Source: Nitrospirota bacterium
GTDB taxonomy: Bacteria > Nitrospirota > UBA9217
Length of the DNA: 11,465 nt
Assembly (NCBI GenBank): GCA_029858565.1
Contig: JAOUEV010000086.1
Location: 1-11,465 of the forward strand
Direction: 5' to 3'
This document shows positions 6,208-11,465 of this stretch, piece by piece; the first letter of the stretch is position 1, and every line of letters begins with the position of its first letter. Under the pieces are notes generated by a model, which had not been told where the DNA came from, made no database searches, and saw only the letters and a list, made by a program, of their open reading frames with translations. A program made the translations under genes and the position numbers.

Positions 6208-6884
6208 CCCAGCCTCTGCGGCGGAAAGCCGATCGCCTCGCAGGCTTCGCGCAGTGCTTTGCTGTTCTTGACGCTCAATTTGAGCGATCGGAAAACCTGC
6301 GTCAACCGGTCCTCATCGAGCCGCCCCGCAATGACGGCGCACTGGTCAAGGTCCTTGTCCTTCTTACTCTCAACCTGCCGCCGCCTGGCGGTGAGCAGCT
6401 TCTGGACAAGATAAGCTTCCGGGACCGGCGCCCGCACCTGGAAATCGCCGAAGTCGGCGAGGAACGGGAAATCGAGCAGGATATCGACGAACGGCAGGGG
6501 GACGGCGGTGACGTTCCATTTCCTGACGTTTACCACCCCGTCGTCGCTCCCGCCCTTTCGATGAGCGATGAACTCGATGCTGAAATTTTCCCGGGTGAAC
6601 TTCCGGATGCCGGACTGCATCATGACCGGCAGATATCCCAGGCCGGTGATGACGCTCTCGAGATCGGCCGCCTCCCCCCGCTCCCGCGCGGCGAACCTGA
6701 CAGCAAAGTCGATATCGAGAGTGCGAAGAATATAAGGGATGCCGAAGGCCTGCTGGTACAGGGGCATGACCCAGCTGCCGACCAGCATGGCTTCATCGAA
6801 GAAACCTGCCCGATGAAACGCCTGCAGAAGCTCCAGAACCTCAGGGGGAAAGGCGCCCCGGTTCGAGATCGGAATCCACATCAC
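6198..6884 (-). CDS. GSU2403-like (NTP_transf_8) nucleotidyltransferase-fold protein
   Basis: Pol-beta superfamily signature LVGSW...RTLDIDF, plus VPEAYLVQKL and KKDKDLDQ motifs typical of AbiEii/GSU2403-like NTases. Confidence 0.85.
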   Translation of the reverse strand: MMWIPISNRGAFPPEVLELLQAFHRAGFFDEAMLVGSWVMPLYQQAFGIPYILRTLDIDFAVRFAARERGEAADLESVITGLGYLPVMMQSGIRKFTRENFSIEFIAHRKGGSDDGVVNVRKWNVTAVPLPFVDILLDFPFLADFGDFQVRAPVPEAYLVQKLLTARRRQVESKKDKDLDQCAVIAGRLDEDRLTQVFRSLKLSVKNSKALREACEAIGFPPQRLGLK

Positions 6885-6885
6885 T

Positions 6886-7221
6886 TCAACCCCTGCCGCT
6901 CTTCAGGATCTTCGACAGATAGGCGATCCGTTTCTGATAGGATTTCATTTCTTTTTCGATCTTCTTCCGTTGATCGAGCTGTTTCCTGAGCGCCGGGACC
7001 TGTTCAGCCGACACGTGTTGATTGACGACCTTCTCCCCGTCGCGGTACTTCAGGGAGAAATAGGAGTACGCCTTTTCCTTATACCGTTTCTTTCGCTCGC
7101 TCAGCGCGCCTCTGGGCAGATCTGCCAGGGACTTCCGTAGCCCCACAAGCATCTCCTCGCTCCGGCTAAGCTCGTCCCGGAGCATGCCGCTCACGATCTT
7201 GTCCTTTTCCACCACCTTCAT
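6886..7221 (-). CDS. Small basic coiled-coil/beta protein, partner of the NTase
   Basis: 111 aa, K/R-rich; LPRGALSERK...YFSLKYRDGEKVVNQHV; stop is 1 bp from the NTase start. Confidence 0.8.
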   Translation of the reverse strand: MKVVEKDKIVSGMLRDELSRSEEMLVGLRKSLADLPRGALSERKKRYKEKAYSYFSLKYRDGEKVVNQHVSAEQVPALRKQLDQRKKIEKEMKSYQKRIAYLSKILKSGRG

Positions 7222-7256
7222 GCCATAATTATGCCTATTGTGGTGGAAAATTACAA
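7205..7256 (-). promoter_or_regulatory. Sigma70-like leaderless promoter with inverted-repeat operator
   Basis: TTGTAA(7256-7251)-17 bp-CATAAT(7233-7228), 6 nt before the ATG; perfect 11-bp IR TTTTCCACCAC (7205-7215)/GTGGTGGAAAA (7240-7250). Confidence 0.7.
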
Positions 7257-7313
7257 GGCCTTTTTCTGTCTATTCATATTATTGAGCGGAGTCAGCAGTC
7301 ACATATCAGCGAA

Positions 7314-7349
7314 GAGATTGCCGCTCTCCCGCCGGTCGCTCGCAATGAC
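7314..7349 (+). repeat. Half unit of a GAGATTGC...CTCGCAATGAC REP-like palindromic repeat
   Basis: GAGATTGCCGCTCTCCCGCCGGTCGCTCGCAATGAC; ATTGC/GCAAT arms; resembles a widespread intergenic repeat type from memory. Confidence 0.6.
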
Positions 7350-7408
7350 GGAGCAGCAGCATTTGGTATCCGTTTTTCATCCGCATCTTCCGTGTCTAAG
7401 ACGTTCTG

Positions 7409-7542
7409 CTAACCTTCCTGTCTCTCTTCCTCATCCTTCCCCGTCATGAACCGCTAATACAGGAATGACGCGAGAATAAGCACCGCGGCAAGACCTATGA
7501 AGGACGCCACGCGGTAGAGCTGGCCGAGACGCCAGAGGTCCA
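7409..7542 (-). pseudogene. Diverged duplicate of the 3' end of the DUF2339-like gene, with an internal stop
   Basis: 7417-7542 aligns without gaps to 8519-8644 (16 mismatches in 126 bp by manual count); DLWRLGQLYRVASFIGLAAVLILASFLY*RFMTGKDEEERQEG*. Confidence 0.92.
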
Positions 7543-7553
7543 GGAGCCTTTTT

Positions 7554-7576
7554 GGGTCAGACTTAATCATTGAGAT
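7554..7576 (+). repeat. GGGTCAG-N10-TGAGAT motif (second copy)
   Basis: GGGTCAGACTTAATCATTGAGAT, lying between the stop of 7581..7796 and the start of the duplicated fragment. Confidence 0.5.
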
Positions 7577-7580
7577 TCTA

Positions 7581-7796
7581 CTATCCGCAAGCGACACCTG
7601 AGAAATTATCCGACCTGCCGCTTGGTTTCTCCAACCATGATTCCTCGCTGCATGCAAATGAGCCGCATAAACTGCAGTGATACGTTTCGATAGTTGTCTT
7701 TTTAACCTTTCTCGCGTCGTCGAGAATCGGCACAAGAGTGAGGGTTCTTGTCATGATTGTGATCCTGTGGCATTGAATGCAGTATGCGGTCTTCAC
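7581..7796 (-). CDS. Small zinc-ribbon protein (CxxC...CxxC)
   Basis: CIQC and CSLC; GTG start overlaps the brnA TGA (GTGA). Confidence 0.65.
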   Translation of the reverse strand: MKTAYCIQCHRITIMTRTLTLVPILDDARKVKKTTIETYHCSLCGSFACSEESWLEKPSGRSDNFSGVACG

Positions 7797-8143
7797 GGCT
7801 TCCTCTTTCTTCCGGTTTTCGCCCTTTCGCTCCCAGTTCGCCCGGCGCGGTAGACCCCCGGCGCTTCCGCCACGTGCATCGTCTTTTTCTCCGGTTCGAA
7901 TCCATGAGCTTCTACGTATTTGCGCAGGACCGCATTGATCATGGATTGATATCCGCGCCCCTTTTTTTTGAAAAAATCGACGACATCGGGATCAAGCCGG
8001 AGCGTGATCTGTTTCTTCGTGCCGGGCCAGAGGACCGCTTTCTTGAAAAAGTCCTTTTCCAGGGGCGGGATGTCGGTGTAATCGATCTCCGAATCTTTCA
8101 TCGCCTTAACCCGCGCCCAGTCGGTTTTTGATTTCCTTTTCAT
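7793..8143 (-). CDS. brnA: BrnA-family antitoxin (DUF4415) with C-terminal extension
   Basis: TDWARVKAMKDSEIDYTDIP...KKQITLRLDPDVVDFFK..GRGYQSMINAVLRKY; start ATG 8143 overlaps the end of brnT. Confidence 0.93.
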   Translation of the reverse strand: MKRKSKTDWARVKAMKDSEIDYTDIPPLEKDFFKKAVLWPGTKKQITLRLDPDVVDFFKKKGRGYQSMINAVLRKYVEAHGFEPEKKTMHVAEAPGVYRAGRTGSERAKTGRKRKP

Positions 8144-8408
8144 ATGCCTTCCTTTCCCTCGCGTCCGCGCGCCGCAACGAGATGACGCGAATCGTATCGC
8201 TTTCTCGTTCGGTAAAAACGACAACGACGACGGCAATTCCGCGCAGCAACCCCACGCCTCTCCATCGCTTTTCACCGTAATCCTTCCGGGAATCGTGCGT
8301 CACGAACAGCGGTGCGTCGCCGGAAAAGAGTTCCAGCGCATCGGCAAGATCAAAGCCGTGCTTCCTGATGTTTGTCTTGTTCTTTTCCTCGTCCCACTCA
8401 AACCGCAT
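8106..8408 (-). CDS. brnT: BrnT-family toxin (DUF497 ribonuclease)
   Basis: MRFEWDEEKNKTNIRKHGFDLADA...YGEKRW...VVVFTER...IRVISLRRA..ERKAY. Confidence 0.95.
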   Translation of the reverse strand: MRFEWDEEKNKTNIRKHGFDLADALELFSGDAPLFVTHDSRKDYGEKRWRGVGLLRGIAVVVVVFTERESDTIRVISLRRADARERKAYEKEIKNRLGAG

Positions 8409-8412
8409 TCTC

Positions 8413-8441
8413 ATTGTAGCCCCAATTGTAGTTACAATCAA
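8413..8441 (-). promoter_or_regulatory. brnTA promoter with palindromic operator
   Basis: TTGATT(8441-8436)-17 bp-TACAAT(8418-8413); palindrome ATTGTA-NN-TACAAT at 8425-8438. Confidence 0.7.
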
Positions 8442-8504
8442 GCGTTTTCATACGAAGAGTATCCGACTTTATCCAGCCCTTCTCCGCTTCTTCCTTGGCC
8501 AAGC

Positions 8505-11465
8505 CTAATGTGCACTCCCCTGTCCTTCTTCCTCATCCCTCCCCGTCATGAACCGCTGGTACAGGAACGACACCAGGATCAGCACCGCGGCAAGGCCGAT
8601 GAACGAGGCCACGCGGTAGAGCTGGCCCAGCCGCCAGAGGTCCATGAAGAAGATCTTGAACGTGGTCCCGACCATGAGTATCAGCGCTGCCCAGCGGACC
8701 TTGCTGGTCTTCCACTTGATGCCGACCACGAGCAACCCGATGCTGTACAGCAACCAGGAGAGACTATAGGCAAGCTGGTGTGCAAGGTTGCCGTAGGTCT
8801 CGAGGCTGAAACTTCTTCCTGTTTCTGTGAAAATGCTCGATATCTCGATGTTCAGCACGCAGAAGACCGCGACAGCGAGTGCCGTGCCCCAGAAGGCGCG
8901 CAGCGTGGGAGAGATGAACGGCCAATGCTGCTGCGGCTTGTTCAGCGTGAGGCAGAGGAGCGCGACGATGGCGAAGAGGAATACGAGCGTGGGCGTGTTC
9001 AGGAACGGCGTCATGGCGCCGAATGCCGCGCTGTGAACGAACGGATAGGTGAGCGCCTTGGCAAGCCCTGCGAGCACCAGCACCACGCCTGCGATCCGGA
9101 AAGGCCGGTCCAGTCCCCGCGGCCAGTACAAGAGCCCCAGGCCGTAGGCCAGCCAGCCTGCTGCCGAGCCCACTGCCATGGATGACGACTGGTGAAAGAA
9201 GAATTGGAAAGGCTGGCCCGGCTGCACGACCGCGCTCATCTGGACCTTCACTGCCACGAAGCCTGTCAGGAGCAAGAGCAATACAAGCAGATTGTAGAGG
9301 TCCCGCGAGGTCTGCTGTTTCAGTTCCCTAAGCACCAACAAGGCAAGCACGACCAGCGCATAGAGGTATGCGGGAAGGCCGAGGTTCAGGAATGGCGACA
9401 TTCCCGGTACGAACCGCGGGAAGAGCACCGGCAGTACGAGCAGGAAGCCCGTGCCTATGCAGAGGACGATAAGCCCCACATGGCGCATTTCCACCGAGAG
9501 CTTCAAGCGCGACCAGATGAGCGCTCCGTAGGTCAGCCAGACCAGGCTGTAGCAGATGGCCTGCACAGCATCAGGTCCCGGCACGATGCGGAAGAGCTGA
9601 CCTGTTTCTGCAAAGATGTCGGCTATTGCCAGATTCAGCAGAAAGAACCCGCTGCCGACCGCGAGCCAGCGGAAATATTCCGTGAGATCCGCGCCCTTGA
9701 GCTTCCGGTCAGGGAAGCCGGAGAGCGGCACAGCGAATGCGAGCGCGGCGACCGCTCCGGCAACGGCGAGCACAGCAGCGTTCAGGATGACCATGTCACC
9801 CGAATGCTTCATCTGCGGCAGGCTGAAGAACAGGAGCATAAGCCCGATGGGCGCCATGAACGATGCGACCCAGCGAAGTCCCTCGTGCACCACGCGGCGA
9901 TTGAGCCAGAGCAGCAGCATGGACTCAATCACGAGTGTGAGCCCGATCCAGCCCTGGTCGAGCAGCATCACCGGCACCGACGAGATATAAAAGAGCAGCA
10001 CCCCGCCGTGGAAGGCAAGCACCGCGTTCCGTTCAGGCCGGTCCTTAAGCCGCGACTGGAGCATGGCCACTGCAGGCAGCTTCACCACGGCCAAAGCGAG
10101 CGGCAGCCACCCGCTTGTCTCTCGCGGCCAGATGTGGTCAGCAGCCCAGACGGCAAAGAGCCCCTGCCCTACCTCGAAGAGCGCCCAGGCCATCCAGAGA
10201 CGCGACCATTTCTCCATGGACTTAAAGAAGAGAAAGGGTGCGATAACAGCAATGACGAAGAATGCCGCTGACCAAAGGAAACCTACGACATGCAGGTCCA
10301 GCGACAGTTCGGGCCGGAACATCCAGGCAGCCTGACTGATAAGCGACGACAGGAGGACCACCATCCCCATGACCGCTGCCTCAAGCCGCCGGACAAGGAA
10401 GATGCTCAAGGCCAGGAAGCAGGTGAGCGTGACCATGCCTGGTTCGGGATGGAGCGGACGCTGCAGCCAGAAGGACGCGGCAAGCAGGATGAATACAGCG
10501 GACGCGGGGAAAGCGGAGAGCCATTCCGTCACGACCGGGTTCACGGTCCAGCCTGCTGGGGCGGAAGGATCCTTCGTGAGCGCCGCCCTCCAGTGGTTCA
10601 TTTTCTTGAGAGCGTAGACCATGGCGAGCGCCAGGACCGCTCCAGCCAGGAGCAGGAACCCGAGGAAGACCGGGCTGCCGAGCTCAGGGGGCATGCGAAA
10701 TAGCCATGTAAGGCCGCAGACAAGGAAGAACAGCACAAGCAGACCTGCCTGCACGATCGCGCCGAAAACGAGGCTCACCATAATACCCATTACTTGTAAG
10801 AGCAGGATCACGGGCCAGAGCCAGAAGGCGATGTCCTGCTCCTTCAGCACCACGGCAAGCAGCATCACGCCAAGAGCCACGGGAAAAACGCGGAACCATC
10901 CCAGGTTGATCTTGTCGAGCCCATAGCGCCGGATGAGCAGCACCGGCCCCAGGCCGCCGGCAACGCCGTACACCAGAAGACCGAGAAATCCCCAGGAGAG
11001 CGTACGGGGATCGAAGCGCAGCCATGTCCAGAGAAAAGCGACCACGAACATGATGGCGCCGTAGGGCACGACGCTGCCAAACCATCTGCGGTCGCGGAAA
11101 GCGAGCGCCATGCTTCCTGCCATACCGAAGATCGTGATCAGCAGCGGCCCGATGCCGTCCCGGTCCAGGAGCAGGAGGCTGGCAATGGTTGCCGAGAGAT
11201 AGAGCGTGTAGCCGGACCAGGACAGGAGACGATTCCCTTTGGACGACTCCCTGGCCCGGTCGAGAAAATAGCTGAAGAGAGCCAAATTGGCGATGAAGAC
11301 CCCGGCGATCACGATGCTCTCGGGATGGATGCGGCCGGAGAAGGCTGCGAGGAAGAGCGTGGCGAGCGTTCCCACGGTGGCGATGAACAAGAGGAGCGCC
11401 GAACTGAGACGCCGCACTACCTGGAACAGGCCGACATTCACCACAGCGAGGTAGACGAAGAGACC
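8505..11465 (-). CDS. DUF2339-like large polytopic membrane protein (5' end beyond the window)
   Basis: More than 980 aa of repeated TM helices; frame stays open to the window edge; C-terminal KIFFMDLWRLGQLYRVASFIGLAAVLILVSFLYQR is the typical DUF2339 tail. Confidence 0.88.
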   Translation of the reverse strand, partial: GLFVYLAVVNVGLFQVVRRLSSALLLFIATVGTLATLFLAAFSGRIHPESIVIAGVFIANLALFSYFLDRARESSKGNRLLSWSGYTLYLSATIASLLLLDRDGIGPLLITIFGMAGSMALAFRDRRWFGSVVPYGAIMFVVAFLWTWLRFDPRTLSWGFLGLLVYGVAGGLGPVLLIRRYGLDKINLGWFRVFPVALGVMLLAVVLKEQDIAFWLWPVILLLQVMGIMVSLVFGAIVQAGLLVLFFLVCGLTWLFRMPPELGSPVFLGFLLLAGAVLALAMVYALKKMNHWRAALTKDPSAPAGWTVNPVVTEWLSAFPASAVFILLAASFWLQRPLHPEPGMVTLTCFLALSIFLVRRLEAAVMGMVVLLSSLISQAAWMFRPELSLDLHVVGFLWSAAFFVIAVIAPFLFFKSMEKWSRLWMAWALFEVGQGLFAVWAADHIWPRETSGWLPLALAVVKLPAVAMLQSRLKDRPERNAVLAFHGGVLLFYISSVPVMLLDQGWIGLTLVIESMLLLWLNRRVVHEGLRWVASFMAPIGLMLLFFSLPQMKHSGDMVILNAAVLAVAGAVAALAFAVPLSGFPDRKLKGADLTEYFRWLAVGSGFFLLNLAIADIFAETGQLFRIVPGPDAVQAICYSLVWLTYGALIWSRLKLSVEMRHVGLIVLCIGTGFLLVLPVLFPRFVPGMSPFLNLGLPAYLYALVVLALLVLRELKQQTSRDLYNLLVLLLLLTGFVAVKVQMSAVVQPGQPFQFFFHQSSSMAVGSAAGWLAYGLGLLYWPRGLDRPFRIAGVVLVLAGLAKALTYPFVHSAAFGAMTPFLNTPTLVFLFAIVALLCLTLNKPQQHWPFISPTLRAFWGTALAVAVFCVLNIEISSIFTETGRSFSLETYGNLAHQLAYSLSWLLYSIGLLVVGIKWKTSKVRWAALILMVGTTFKIFFMDLWRLGQLYRVASFIGLAAVLILVSFLYQRFMTGRDEEEGQGSAH

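Noticed and set aside
6072-6989. 305-aa plus-strand ORF as an integron integrase
   Set aside because: It lies where intI might be expected, but it has no tyrosine-recombinase R..HxxR..Y motifs and is the antisense shadow of the NTase gene.
7454-7735. 93-aa minus-strand ORF as a real gene
   Set aside because: It is a chance read-in from an alternative frame of the Zn-ribbon gene into the duplicated DUF2339 tail, ending at the premature stop.
8144-8275. N-terminal extension of BrnA to 8275
   Set aside because: It lies wholly within brnT; BrnA similarity begins at ATG 8143.
8295-10926. Long plus-strand ORFs (8295..9185, 9192..10271, 10290..10703 and others)
   Set aside because: Antisense shadows of the GC-rich DUF2339-like gene; no recognisable motifs.

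Overview
Every credible gene in this window is on the minus strand, in two zones. Zone 1 (~115-6130, visibly AT-richer) is an integron-type gene-cassette array. It has nine unrelated small ORFs, mostly membrane or secreted hypotheticals, plus two remnants, separated by 57-63 bp attC-like sites (AAC...hairpin...GTT) of two sequence families. Several sites have mutated R boxes or are largely deleted, and some ORFs look like fusions of two cassette genes. No integrase is present at the upstream end, so the array looks like a decaying CALIN. The start of a probable IS1182-family element abuts the GTT of the leftmost attC. Zone 2 (~6130-11465, GC-rich) contains the 3' part of a large DUF2339-like membrane protein gene and a BrnT/BrnA toxin-antitoxin pair followed by a coupled CxxC-CxxC gene. 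It also contains a diverged, stop-interrupted copy of the DUF2339 gene's 3' end and a two-gene module (small basic protein plus GSU2403-like nucleotidyltransferase) with a leaderless promoter flanked by an inverted repeat. Both two/three-gene modules end in a GGGTCAG-N10/11-TGA(C/G)AT motif followed by a 5'-truncated gene, which suggests a second, non-integron route of module insertion. Family assignments are from motif recognition only; no searches were run.
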